DNA from: a virus | Strand: one strand, 5' to 3' | Virus record (IMG/VR): IMGVR_UViG_3300014208_000004 | Span: 30,260-94,259 of that record | Length of the DNA stretch: 64,000 bases | Part shown: positions 1-10,156 of the stretch, in pieces | Layout of the letters: every line of letters starts with the position of its first letter | Numbering within the stretch: position 1 is the first letter of the stretch | Translations under genes and position numbers: made by a program | The notes under the pieces: model-generated | What the model saw: the letters and a program-made list of their open reading frames with translations, nothing else | What the model was told of the DNA's origin: nothing | Database searches by the model: none

Positions 1-1
1 G

Positions 2-472
2 ATTGCGCTTGGAGGAAAGAACGGTGAAGGAAAGTTTGCATTAGTTGACGATGAAGACTTTGAAGAACTCAATAAATACAAATGGTATTGCGATGCACAT
101 GGTTATGCCAGACGAGATATATGGATCAGTAAAAAAGGAAACAAGCCAGTTTTAATGCACAAGTATTTATTAAATGTAGAAAAAGGTTATCAAGTGGATC
201 ATAAAAATACTATTCGCCTTGACAATCAAAAATCAAATCTTAGGAAAGCAACCCTTCAACAGAACAGAAGAAATAAAACAGTACAAAAGAATTCAAAGAC
301 ACAACTCAAGGGAGTTACCCTTTTTCAAAATGGAAAATTTAGAGCATATATTAATATCAATTCAAAACAAATACACTTAGGATATTTTATTGAATCAATT
401 GATGCAGCACACGCATATAACGAAGCAGCAATAAACCATCATGGTGAATTCGCTAATATAAATAAATTATAG
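2..472 (+). CDS. HNH endonuclease with C-terminal AP2 domain (5' partial; frame open from position 2)
   Basis: Frame upstream of 155 reads GKFALVDDEDFEELNKYKWYC; VDHKN..RLDNQKSNLR HNH motif; KGVTL..GKFRAYI...IHLGYF...AAHAYNEAA..HHGEFA AP2 motif. Confidence 0.9.
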   Translation: MALGGKNGEGKFALVDDEDFEELNKYKWYCDAHGYARRDIWISKKGNKPVLMHKYLLNVEKGYQVDHKNTIRLDNQKSNLRKATLQQNRRNKTVQKNSKTQLKGVTLFQNGKFRAYININSKQIHLGYFIESIDAAHAYNEAAINHHGEFANINKL

Positions 473-480
473 GAGTTAAA

Positions 481-1683
481 ATGTTTACCCTTATTCATAG
501 TGCCGATTGGCATTGCGATCCAGAAAAATACGAGGATGTAAAGACGGCAACTGATGCAATCATTAAATCACTTCAAGAAAAGAAACCAAACGCACACGTT
601 ATAGCCGGAGACATTTGGAATAAACGCCAAGTCTTAAATCAAGATTCAGCAGTCAAACAAGCCAGAGACGCATTTATCGCATGTGCAAACGAAGCACCAA
701 CAATTCTTATAAAAGGGAATAACCACCACGACAATGATGGATCGTTAGAAGTATTCCGAAATCTTGATACAAAATTCCCAACGTTTGTAACGGAAACGAT
801 TGATAGCATTATTCTTACCAAGAGGATAATGACTGATGAATTATCCTTTGTTCCAGCAACAGCACAATATGATGGACTGTATGATCCCCAAGCAATTTTT
901 CATTTGCTTTCATATCCCGAAAAAGGATGGTTTCTGAAAGACAAAGAAGGACTTTCCACCGATGAAACAAACTCATTGATATTAGATGAACTCAAAAAAA
1001 TCTTTATCGGATTTGCAGCAATCAACACCGGACTAAACATTCCAAAGATATTAGTATTTCACGGGAATGTTGCAGGATCAAAATTGTCAAACGGTCAACT
1101 GTTATTTGGACAAGAAGTTTTCATTCCGAAAGAATTTATTGAACTTGCTCAATGTGATTATGTTGCAGGAGGACATATCCATAAATCCCAAGAATATTAT
1201 TCAGGATCAATCTTCCACGTCAATCATGGGGAGACAGAGAAAAAACAAATTAACTACGTTGAAATTGATAACGGTAAAACAACAATGCAACCGATTTACC
1301 TTCCCTCAATTCCGTTATCACAACATAACGCATTATACGACCAAGTATCAGGAGAAATCTTTGACGCAGACGGTCAGGGAGAACTATTCGACACCGAACC
1401 AGACTGGATAGGAGCAAAGTTACGAGTAAGGATCTCATTAACCGCCGAGCAAAGCCTAGTAGTATCCGATGAAATGATACAGGCAAAGTATCCAGGAGCA
1501 TTTGAATATAAAATAGAACGGATCATTGAGACTACGGATGAAGTCCGATCCGAAGCAATTATCACAGCAACAAAATTGCGAGACAAAGTAGAAATCTGGG
1601 GGGAAGCAAAGTCAGTTGAAACCAATGAAGAAATACTTCTATTGGCAGACGAAGTTGAACAGGCAGTAGTAACAGAGGGATAA
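481..1683 (+). CDS. sbcD: SbcD/Mre11-like metallophosphoesterase nuclease
   Basis: HSADWH, AGD, GNNHHD, FHG and GHIH calcineurin-like motifs; near an SMC ATPase; AGGAG SD. Confidence 0.9.
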   Translation: MFTLIHSADWHCDPEKYEDVKTATDAIIKSLQEKKPNAHVIAGDIWNKRQVLNQDSAVKQARDAFIACANEAPTILIKGNNHHDNDGSLEVFRNLDTKFPTFVTETIDSIILTKRIMTDELSFVPATAQYDGLYDPQAIFHLLSYPEKGWFLKDKEGLSTDETNSLILDELKKIFIGFAAINTGLNIPKILVFHGNVAGSKLSNGQLLFGQEVFIPKEFIELAQCDYVAGGHIHKSQEYYSGSIFHVNHGETEKKQINYVEIDNGKTTMQPIYLPSIPLSQHNALYDQVSGEIFDADGQGELFDTEPDWIGAKLRVRISLTAEQSLVVSDEMIQAKYPGAFEYKIERIIETTDEVRSEAIITATKLRDKVEIWGEAKSVETNEEILLLADEVEQAVVTEG

Positions 1684-1687
1684 ATCA

Positions 1688-1849
1688 ATGACTACTATTA
1701 CAATAACAGTCAAAACGGAACAAGGCGGAGCATCGATTGAACGGACAATATCAACAACTCAAAACGTTGATATGAATGAAGTACGTCTCAATGAAGCAAT
1801 TCAAAATCTTTTTGCACAATTAAAAGTTGCAAGGGATAAACAAAAATAA
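1688..1849 (+). CDS. small hypothetical protein (53 aa)
   Basis: Hand-translated MTTITITVKTEQGG...RDKQK; fills the gap between sbcD and sbcC; GAGGG upstream. Confidence 0.55.
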   Translation: MTTITITVKTEQGGASIERTISTTQNVDMNEVRLNEAIQNLFAQLKVARDKQK

Positions 1850-1885
1850 TTATATTCAACTACACAGAAAACAGGAGCCAAACAC

Positions 1886-4798
1886 ATGATACCGCAAAGT
1901 CTTAAACTTGTAGGAAGCGTACACATCAAATCAGGACTAAACGTTGATACCCTCACAATTGATTTTACAAAATTCCAACCCGGATTAATCGCATTTATCG
2001 GGGACAATGGAGCCGGTAAGACCACAATCATTGAACACGCAACACCATTCCCGCAAATGGCAAGTTATCAAAGCCGTAAATACTCGGATCATTTCTTCCT
2101 AAAGAATAGTGAAAAAGATTTTCGATGGATATATAATGGCATTCATTATCGATCATACTTTCAGATTGATGGAGTAACCGGGAAAGCAAAATATTTTCTT
2201 TACAAGGAAGATATTCCAGTAAATCAGGATGGGGGATTATCTAGTTATGTTGAACAGGTAGAAAAAATAATCGGGAGCGCAGACTTATTTTTTAAGTCTC
2301 AATTCACAGCACAGAAAGCTACAAACATAGGTTCATTGGAACCATCGGAAAGAAAACAAATATTTATGGAAATATTATCCATAGATAAATATGAAAAATA
2401 TCACAAATACATAAAAGAGAAAACAGATGGAATTGAAAAAGACCTTGAAAAATCCCGCAATGAATTAGCATTATATTCCGATGAGTTATCTAATCTCGAA
2501 ACACTGAAAACAGAACTGCAAACAGTTACGCAAGAATTAAACAAACTGCAGTTATCCCAAGGCTTAGATGAAGCATCGTTAAGGGTAAAAGAGAAAGAAA
2601 AGATTGAACTGGAATTCAAACTTGCAGAACTCAATACAAATCTTGAATTGCTGAAAAAGGAGGAGGCAAAACTATTTGAGAAGGAAACCAACACTCTTTT
2701 GCCGTTACGGGGGAAACACCGATCAAAAATTGCATCACTGCAGACACAGCAAGAGGAACTTGAAAAGACAAAAGCCGAACACAATCTTATCCTTGCCCGG
2801 AAAGATGAACTATTGCTTCAAATAAAAAACAGAACCACGGAAATAAACAACCTTCAGCTGGCTATTACTGGGCAAGACAATATCATTGCAGATCGTTCAT
2901 TACTGGAAAAAGAAATTGCCGACCTTACCACCAAGCAAATTGATACAAAGAACCGCTATGAAGCGGAAATCCAACGATTGACTACTAAATTATCGGAGAT
3001 TAATCCAAAACTTGACCGGACACAGAAGATCATTGACAATAAAGAGGAGATTAATACCACCAAAGCGAAATTAGATGGACTCAGGGATCAGGAGAAGGTT
3101 CATTCAGAGAACAAGGACTTGTTCTATCAAAAGTCAAACCTTGTCCAAAAAGCAACGGAGAAGTACAATAGCGAATTGAACATTTGGACAAAAAAGCAAA
3201 ACGAAATTGAAACGCGGTTAATATCATTCCGGCACGATTATATTTCTTTCAACGATAGAATTCAAAATGAGCGTAACTCGTTAAAGAAAGAAATTGAACT
3301 ATACACAGCATCGGCATCATTAATAGATCAAAAACCTGAGAACGATCCACCAGAGATGTATTCAATCTGCAAACTTTTGACATCGGCATTGGATGCAAAA
3401 AAGAAAGTTGATGAATTAGAAATAAAACTTTCTGCATTGATGGACACAGAACATCCATCATTAAAAACATTATCGGATGTTCAAAAAAGAATTGACGAAA
3501 CTACACAGAGCCTTGTAATTCATAATGATGCAAAGCCATCCCGTGAAACAATCACAGCACTTGAAACTGAAACCCAGAACATTGGATATGATATGATTGT
3601 ACACAAACGAGTGCAATCAGAAATAACAGCACTGGAAACCGCGCAATGGGAAAAACTCTTTAATGAATTGACGGCAACCGAAGAAACACACAAAACATTG
3701 ACCGCCGATAAAAAGGAATGTGATCAGTTATTGGAAGCGCAGAAATCCGAACTCTCCAAAGAACAGCAATGGTACACCACAGCAATTGCAGAACGGCAAA
3801 CTAAACTCAATGGCATTCCAGAGGCAGAGAGTGCCGATCAAATCCGGGAAAAGATTGCACAAAAAGAATCAGATAACCAACGGGATAACAATGCAATCGT
3901 TACCGCCGAGACCACAATCAAAAATATCGATCCTCAGTTGATACAAATATCGAAAGACCGAGGGATAGAGTTATTGCATTTTACGGAGGAAGAAAGTAAA
4001 TTACTCCACGAAATAGAAACGATTAAATCAGAAATAGAAATCCTTACTGCATCCAAGCAAGATATTATCACTATTGATACAAAAATCAATACTTGCACGA
4101 AAGAAATTGAACGCATCACAGCATTAGTTGCAGATCAAAAGACACAGATTGACCGATTGACAGAGACCAAAACACTCACAAACAGTAAAATAATATCTGC
4201 AGAACAAATGAAACAGAAGTCAGATACAATCCAGGCATTGATTGATACCAATCTCAAAAAACTATCCAACTGGAATATCTTAAAGGATGCATGTAGTAAC
4301 AACGGCATCCCACAGATCGAAATTGACGCAGCCGCCCCCGGAGTATCACAAATTGTAAACCAAGAATTATCGGAAACATTTGGGAATGAATTCAAAGTCA
4401 GATTCATAACCTTGGAGCCATACGCCGATGAAAAAAAAGGAATGAAAGAAGTCTTTGAAATAATGATCCAGCAAAATGGAATGGAAGAACGAAAGATAAA
4501 AGACTTCTCAGGAGGACAGGCAGTTTGGATCAACAGAAGCATTGCTGATGCACTTGCTATTTATGCAATGCGAAAAGAAGGGAAGCATAGTCAAACGAAT
4601 TTCTTAGACGAAAGTGATGGAGCACTAGACCCAGAAAACAAGCAACGTTATTTTCAAATGCTTCATAATGCATTTAAGAATGGGAACCGTTACTACACTA
4701 TTCTTATAACGCACGATCAAAATATCCAGTCTCAGATTCAGCAAAGAATAAAATTCAACAAGGGAAATTCCACAACACCAATAGAATATCATTTATAG
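1886..4798 (+). CDS. sbcC: SbcC/Rad50-like SMC-family ATPase
   Basis: Walker A GDNGAGKTT, long coiled coil, signature FSGGQ, Walker B/D-loop FLDESDGALD, H-loop ITHD. Confidence 0.92.
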   Translation: MIPQSLKLVGSVHIKSGLNVDTLTIDFTKFQPGLIAFIGDNGAGKTTIIEHATPFPQMASYQSRKYSDHFFLKNSEKDFRWIYNGIHYRSYFQIDGVTGKAKYFLYKEDIPVNQDGGLSSYVEQVEKIIGSADLFFKSQFTAQKATNIGSLEPSERKQIFMEILSIDKYEKYHKYIKEKTDGIEKDLEKSRNELALYSDELSNLETLKTELQTVTQELNKLQLSQGLDEASLRVKEKEKIELEFKLAELNTNLELLKKEEAKLFEKETNTLLPLRGKHRSKIASLQTQQEELEKTKAEHNLILARKDELLLQIKNRTTEINNLQLAITGQDNIIADRSLLEKEIADLTTKQIDTKNRYEAEIQRLTTKLSEINPKLDRTQKIIDNKEEINTTKAKLDGLRDQEKVHSENKDLFYQKSNLVQKATEKYNSELNIWTKKQNEIETRLISFRHDYISFNDRIQNERNSLKKEIELYTASASLIDQKPENDPPEMYSICKLLTSALDAKKKVDELEIKLSALMDTEHPSLKTLSDVQKRIDETTQSLVIHNDAKPSRETITALETETQNIGYDMIVHKRVQSEITALETAQWEKLFNELTATEETHKTLTADKKECDQLLEAQKSELSKEQQWYTTAIAERQTKLNGIPEAESADQIREKIAQKESDNQRDNNAIVTAETTIKNIDPQLIQISKDRGIELLHFTEEESKLLHEIETIKSEIEILTASKQDIITIDTKINTCTKEIERITALVADQKTQIDRLTETKTLTNSKIISAEQMKQKSDTIQALIDTNLKKLSNWNILKDACSNNGIPQIEIDAAAPGVSQIVNQELSETFGNEFKVRFITLEPYADEKKGMKEVFEIMIQQNGMEERKIKDFSGGQAVWINRSIADALAIYAMRKEGKHSQTNFLDESDGALDPENKQRYFQMLHNAFKNGNRYYTILITHDQNIQSQIQQRIKFNKGNSTTPIEYHL

Positions 4799-4805
4799 GA
4801 GAAAT

Positions 4806-5141
4806 ATGTCAATACCAAACACTAAAAATATGGATAAAGCAAAAGAACAACTTGACTCCATGATTGATGCATCAAAACAAACAATTGAAAAACTTGAAAA
4901 AGAACTTAAAGACCAATACGATGAATGGGGGCACATTGCAATAAACCCGGTAGCTACACCAGCGGGAAAACAAAGGTTATGGATAAAGCTCACAGACACC
5001 CGATTAAATATTTTGGAAGCCAAGGAACGATTAAGCCAACAGATTAATGCAGCAACATTCCTTGTTCTACAGGAGCACGGAGTAGCAATCCATAATCTTA
5101 CATCAATTCTTTTGAATGCAAACACAAAAATTGAACACTGA
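4806..5141 (+). CDS. hypothetical protein
   Basis: AGGAG SD, tight operon packing. Confidence 0.6.
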   Translation: MSIPNTKNMDKAKEQLDSMIDASKQTIEKLEKELKDQYDEWGHIAINPVATPAGKQRLWIKLTDTRLNILEAKERLSQQINAATFLVLQEHGVAIHNLTSILLNANTKIEH

Positions 5142-5581
5142 TGCAGATCATTGGAAACGTAAATGATAAAGGTGAAATCGTTTTATCTCGGAAGCGATTG
5201 CAGGAAGCCGGATTAATATTCAAGGGCAAAAAGATCCTTGTCGATATAGATATATTCCAGCCAAAGAAAACAAAAGCGCAATTGGGATATTTTCACAAAG
5301 GTATTATAGGGACACTTCATGACGTAACCGGTATAGCAAAGAATAAACTAAGGAACTATTTTAATATGAAATTTCTTCCCGAGGAGGCAGTCAATCCGAA
5401 GACTGGAGAATTTACAACAGTTCCAGGATCAACAGCAAGATTAAAGAAACTTGAATACTCAGAATTTATTAGCAATGTATATCTTGATTGTTTAGAGATG
5501 GGATTCCATCAAATTAAAACCCCAGAAGAATATTGGGATAGCATCGAAACAAAACCAGAGGAACCAACAGGCACACTATGA
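5141..5581 (+). CDS. NinB/Orf-like recombination accessory protein
   Basis: KTKAQLGYFH and STARLKKLEYSEFI resemble NinB motifs (RSxxQNxxxH; STxxLxxxEFxxFI). Confidence 0.65.
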   Translation: MQIIGNVNDKGEIVLSRKRLQEAGLIFKGKKILVDIDIFQPKKTKAQLGYFHKGIIGTLHDVTGIAKNKLRNYFNMKFLPEEAVNPKTGEFTTVPGSTARLKKLEYSEFISNVYLDCLEMGFHQIKTPEEYWDSIETKPEEPTGTL

Positions 5582-7353
5582 AAGCACAACATCCCATAAC
5601 AATGGAAATTCTCAATCAACATTTAGTTGCATTGGGAAAAACAGGATCAGGCAAGTCATCCGTGATGAGAGTAATCATTGAACAACTCTTAGATGCAAAG
5701 AAAAGAGTGTGCATTATAGATATTAAAGGAGACTGGTACGGATTAAAGTTAGGAGCTGATGGGAAAAGTCCCGGTTATGAAATAATCACCTTTGGAGATT
5801 TCAAAAATCCAGATGCAACCGACATCCATATCAACGAGAACCATGGAGCCGAGATTGCAAAACTTATTGTCAACGGGAACCGACCTTGTATTATCGGATT
5901 CCGGGGATGGATGCCAAGCAAGGTTCATAAGTTTTGGATTGACTTCATATCAACACTTTACAACGGGAATAAATCCCCGTTATGGTTAGGCATTGATGAA
6001 GTGCATAACTATACCCCAAAAGGGAAAGTGCTCAGTCCAGAAATAGGTAATAGCATTTATTGGACAAATAAACTTGCCACAGAGGGACGAGGGATAGGAT
6101 TACGCTTGATTTCAGCAAGTCAGAGGCCACAAAAAGTTCACAATGATTTTTTAGCAAATTGCGAAACACTTGTAGCAATGAGAGTAACACATCCATCAGA
6201 TAAAGAAGCATTTCACGAATGGTTAAAAGAATACTCCGATGATAACGCCAGGGGGAACTTAGTTTTAGATTCAGTATCTAAAATGAAAACTGGGGAGGCA
6301 TTTGTCTGGAGCCCAGAGGCAGGACTATTTGAAAGATTAAAATTCCCAATGTTCAAAACGTATGATTCATTTGCTTCACCAAAAGAGGGCAAACAGCGAT
6401 CATTAAAAGGATGGGCTTCAGTAAACCTTGAAGAAGTCCAAGCATCACTATCCAAGGTCATTGAAGAAAGCAAGGAGAACGATCCGAAGGAACTTAAAAA
6501 GAGAATTCGAGAACTTGAACTCTCTATCAAAAAAATTCAACAAGATAAAATTCCTACTCACAATTTTGATGAGAGTAAAAAACAAGATGAGTATTTTCAG
6601 AAAAAAGTTGCTGAAATTACATATCACTACGAACAGCAATACAATAAATTCAGTAAGGAAGTATCTTTAATTAAAAATGCAATCTTAAAAAACACCGGAA
6701 GCATTAAACAAGCGGTGCAGGCACTTGAGGAAATAAATATTCCAAACGGATCGTTGCAAGACGAATTCAAAGATTATGGAAAGAACTTTATTCAAATTAA
6801 CAAACGACCAGCATTAGCACCAACACCACAACAACCAGTTATAAGATTAGAACAGCATCAAGCAACCATTGATACCTCAGATGATAAACTTGTAGCCGGA
6901 GCATTACGAATGTTGTCAGCAGTTACAACAATTCAAACTGGATTAACAATGCACCAGGTAAAGGTATTGGGAAATATATCCGATCCCAGCACATTTAGTC
7001 GTTACAAATCAATACTTGGAATAAAAGGATATTGGAGAGAAGACAATAGAAAATTCTATCCAACCAACAAAGGATTATTATATATTTCAAGTTGTGGAAT
7101 GGAAGAAACACCAATTGACACCAGTAAAATTGTAGAGTTATGGATGGGAAACCTTGTTGATGGAGCGCGGAGAATGTTGAAAGTATTAATCAGTTATGAA
7201 GGTAGTTTCATTAGCGCAGAAAAATTAATGCAAGAAGCAAATATCAACGATCCGAGTACATACAGCCGGTATAAATCAATGCTCACTACTACACATCTTG
7301 CAATAGTCAATGGTAGAGAGATTGCAGCAAACAAAGAAACTCTATTTTTATGA
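5578..7353 (+). CDS. HerA/FtsK-like ATPase with coiled coil and two C-terminal wHTH-like repeats
   Basis: Walker A GKTGSGKS, IIDIKGDW, Walker B GIDEVH, EGRGIG arginine finger, SQRP. Confidence 0.85.
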   Translation: MKAQHPITMEILNQHLVALGKTGSGKSSVMRVIIEQLLDAKKRVCIIDIKGDWYGLKLGADGKSPGYEIITFGDFKNPDATDIHINENHGAEIAKLIVNGNRPCIIGFRGWMPSKVHKFWIDFISTLYNGNKSPLWLGIDEVHNYTPKGKVLSPEIGNSIYWTNKLATEGRGIGLRLISASQRPQKVHNDFLANCETLVAMRVTHPSDKEAFHEWLKEYSDDNARGNLVLDSVSKMKTGEAFVWSPEAGLFERLKFPMFKTYDSFASPKEGKQRSLKGWASVNLEEVQASLSKVIEESKENDPKELKKRIRELELSIKKIQQDKIPTHNFDESKKQDEYFQKKVAEITYHYEQQYNKFSKEVSLIKNAILKNTGSIKQAVQALEEINIPNGSLQDEFKDYGKNFIQINKRPALAPTPQQPVIRLEQHQATIDTSDDKLVAGALRMLSAVTTIQTGLTMHQVKVLGNISDPSTFSRYKSILGIKGYWREDNRKFYPTNKGLLYISSCGMEETPIDTSKIVELWMGNLVDGARRMLKVLISYEGSFISAEKLMQEANINDPSTYSRYKSMLTTTHLAIVNGREIAANKETLFL

Positions 7354-8156
7354 ATTATTGTGATCATATAAATCTTACAAAGCAATCAGGAATTTATAAA
7401 ATAATCTGTTTGGTGAATGGGAAAATATACATTGGCAGTGCCAAAAATATAAAAGAGCGATTCAAACTCCATTTAATATACTTGAACAAAAACAAACATA
7501 AAAATTCTCATCTTCAGTATGCTTTTAATCTTTACGGAGAGAAAAATTTCATCTTTACTATAATTGAATTTGTAAATATTGAGAACTTAATTGAACGAGA
7601 ACAATATTGGTTAGATGCTACAAAATGTTATGATCGAACCATAGGATTCAATATTTGTTTGAAAGCTAATAGTAGTTTAGGAGTAAAAAGAACACCAGAG
7701 TTTAAAGAGAAAATTAGACTTCAAAATCTTAATAGAGATAAGGAAACAAAGGAACGAACTATTGCCGCCGTCAAAAAAGCGAACACGGGAAGAAAAGGAT
7801 GGAACCGGGGAATAAAAATGTGGGAAACAAGAACCCATCCAAGAGGAGGATTAGGGAAGAAATATCCGAATAGAATTTTGACACCCGAAGGTTATAAAAA
7901 AAGATGTATTGCTAATAGACGTGACAGAGGTGAAAAATATAAAGAACTTAGAAGATTAATTAAATCAAAAACGCACTATTTCATAACTCCTGATGGTAAA
8001 GAGATAGTAATATTCAATCTTAAATTATTTTGTGCCGAGAATAACCTTAATCAAGGACATATGAATCAAGTATCAATCGGAAACGAACCTATTCATAAAG
8101 GATGGACAAAAAATAAAAATTATGCGCTTTCTCCACCATTATTAAAACAAGCGTAA
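7350..8156 (+). CDS. GIY-YIG homing endonuclease with NUMOD-type tail
   Basis: SGIYKI..NGKIYIGSA, HKNSHLQYAF, EREQYW, GFNI; basic repeats and C-terminal HTH. Confidence 0.9.
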   Translation: MNYCDHINLTKQSGIYKIICLVNGKIYIGSAKNIKERFKLHLIYLNKNKHKNSHLQYAFNLYGEKNFIFTIIEFVNIENLIEREQYWLDATKCYDRTIGFNICLKANSSLGVKRTPEFKEKIRLQNLNRDKETKERTIAAVKKANTGRKGWNRGIKMWETRTHPRGGLGKKYPNRILTPEGYKKRCIANRRDRGEKYKELRRLIKSKTHYFITPDGKEIVIFNLKLFCAENNLNQGHMNQVSIGNEPIHKGWTKNKNYALSPPLLKQA

Positions 8157-8201
8157 TTTATAGGTACAATCAATCAAATTTAAGCCACGTTGAACAAAAC
8201 T

Positions 8202-9068
8202 ATGGAAATTGATAATCAACACACAGAAAACCAACGAATAAACGTTTTTAACCTATTTGTAGGATCATTTTTACCAAATTGGTTGCAACGGCGCAAAGAA
8301 ATTAGTGATGTATCAAAAATTTTATACTCTCGATTATGTCAATATGCCGGAGTAGATGGAGAATGTTTTCCACAACAGGAAACCCTTGCAGACGATATAG
8401 GAACGAGTGTTAGAACAATTAAATTAAGGATACAGGAATTAGTAAAATTAAGGCTTATTGAGGTTAAGCAAAACGGATTAAATAAGCCAAATAATTACTA
8501 TTTTTTGAAACACGAATGGATGTTTGAAAATCCAAAAGATACAAAAATAAAAAATTCGGAAGTGCTAAAAATGGCACTTCCAGAAGTGCTAAATAATGTA
8601 ACTGATAATACTAAAAGTGGCACTTCTAAGAGTGCTAAAAATGGCACTTCCCTCAATAAAGAGAATCAATTAAGAGAATCAATTAAGAAAGTCTTTGCAG
8701 ACGATTCTTTAGAAATTAGAATTAGTAAATATTTATTTAAGAATATTCAGGTGAATTATCCAAAAGCCAGAGAACCGGATTTCCAAAAATGGGCAGAACA
8801 TGTTGACTACATGCTCAGGCTTGATAAAATAACCGAAAAAGAAATAGCCGATGTAATCCAATGGATACAAATCTACAGGGGAGGGAATGGGTTTACCTGG
8901 AAAGCAAATATATTATCGACAAAAACACTGAGAGAAAAATTTCCAACAATGAAAATACAGATGGAGACAAAAGGAAATGGGAAATCAAATAATACTAAAG
9001 CCGGAGGATCAACTACAATTGGAGACCTTCAAGAAACGTTTAGACAAACTCCAATCCGTCAGTCCTGA
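8202..9068 (+). CDS. phage replication initiator (lambda O-like / HTH_36)
   Basis: KILYSRL...CFPQQETLADDIGTSVRTI wHTH, NxY motif; C-terminal WKANILSTKTLREKF; internal iterons; ATG 8202 preferred. Confidence 0.85.
   Translation: MEIDNQHTENQRINVFNLFVGSFLPNWLQRRKEISDVSKILYSRLCQYAGVDGECFPQQETLADDIGTSVRTIKLRIQELVKLRLIEVKQNGLNKPNNYYFLKHEWMFENPKDTKIKNSEVLKMALPEVLNNVTDNTKSGTSKSAKNGTSLNKENQLRESIKKVFADDSLEIRISKYLFKNIQVNYPKAREPDFQKWAEHVDYMLRLDKITEKEIADVIQWIQIYRGGNGFTWKANILSTKTLREKFPTMKIQMETKGNGKSNNTKAGGSTTIGDLQETFRQTPIRQS
8559..8688. repeat. putative replication origin: iterons plus AT-rich 13-mer tandem repeat inside the initiator gene
   Basis: AGTGCTAAAAATGGCACTTC exact at 8561-8580 and 8631-8650; degenerate copies near 8585 and 8607 (about 23-24 bp period); AAGAGAATCAATT x2 at 8659-8684. 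Confidence 0.8.
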
Positions 9069-9663
9069 AGATACATTCCGGTATGCAGCGATCCTTGAAA
9101 TTGTAAAGCACGTTGAAAACAAAAAGCAAATACATCTTTCAAACGATGAAAGAATAGCATTAGCAATATCACTTCTTAACGAGCCGGAGACGTTAGATCA
9201 AATAACAGACCGAGCAGAAATTCTCATTCGATCAACAGATTATTCACGGATACCATTTGACGTATGGCTTAACACGAAACGGATGTATACCGAAGAAGAA
9301 CTAAATTTAAAAGTATACCAAACCATTGAGAACCACAAAAAACGAATTCAAGAAGCAAAGACCGCGAACATCAATGAACACATCCTTAATGAAGAATTAC
9401 TCATATCCGAACAACATATTTACGGACAGCGCATCGATAATATTAAGGAACGAGCAAGAGTAAAGCTCAGGGAACGGTTAAAGAAAGCCGAGCGATTTAT
9501 AAAGACTGCACCAGACGAAGTACAAGAGCAATTGCTAAAAATACTTGCGGAAAGGAATTTACTCACGAATGAAGACCCGCATTGGAAAACAATCATTCGA
9601 TTATTTGTACCGCATATTTTGATTGAAACTGAAAAAATAATGAAAGAAAACAATGTCAAATAA
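8977..9663 (+). CDS. hypothetical protein in helicase-loader (P-like) position
   Basis: Overlaps the 3' end of the initiator gene; function is positional inference only. Confidence 0.5.
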   Translation: MGNQIILKPEDQLQLETFKKRLDKLQSVSPEDTFRYAAILEIVKHVENKKQIHLSNDERIALAISLLNEPETLDQITDRAEILIRSTDYSRIPFDVWLNTKRMYTEEELNLKVYQTIENHKKRIQEAKTANINEHILNEELLISEQHIYGQRIDNIKERARVKLRERLKKAERFIKTAPDEVQEQLLKILAERNLLTNEDPHWKTIIRLFVPHILIETEKIMKENNVK

Positions 9664-10156
9664 ATTCAAAGACCCAATCCAACAACTACTTTGGAACTTA
9701 TTGGAAGAAAAAGTAGAGGTGTATGGAAAATCAAAGATACACACGGTTCTAAAAGAGTTTCTTAAAAAAGATAAAGCCGATCGTACACCGAAGATTGAAC
9801 ATGAAGACCTTTCAGCACTAGAGAAGGAAGCCGACAGCGTATTTGCAAAAAAGATAATTAAAAGGGACAAGGTTTGTGTAACTTGCAAGACCGATAAGAA
9901 ATTGACATGCTCCCATTTCTTCAAACGCGGACGGCAGTTGATACGATTCGATGAGCAGAATTGTAATTGCCAGTGTGAAAGTTGTAATAGTCTTCACAAT
10001 GATAATAAAGAACCATATACAACTTGGATGCGATTAACTTACGGACAGGAAGTTATAGACGATCTTGAAATGAAGTCCAGACAATTAAAATCTTGGACTG
10101 CAGATGAATATAGGGCAATCATTGCAAAGTATAGCATATCAAAAACAAGACTATGA
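9653..10156 (+). CDS. NinG/Rap-like HNH recombination nuclease
   Basis: RDKVCVTC, CSHFFKR, RFDEQNCNCQCESCN, Y..WM...YG. Confidence 0.85.
   Translation: MSNKFKDPIQQLLWNLLEEKVEVYGKSKIHTVLKEFLKKDKADRTPKIEHEDLSALEKEADSVFAKKIIKRDKVCVTCKTDKKLTCSHFFKRGRQLIRFDEQNCNCQCESCNSLHNDNKEPYTTWMRLTYGQEVIDDLEMKSRQLKSWTADEYRAIIAKYSISKTRL

Noticed and set aside
5578-7353. Conjugative coupling protein / T4SS
   Set aside because: No TM anchor and no relaxase or mating-pair genes; the context is phage recombination.
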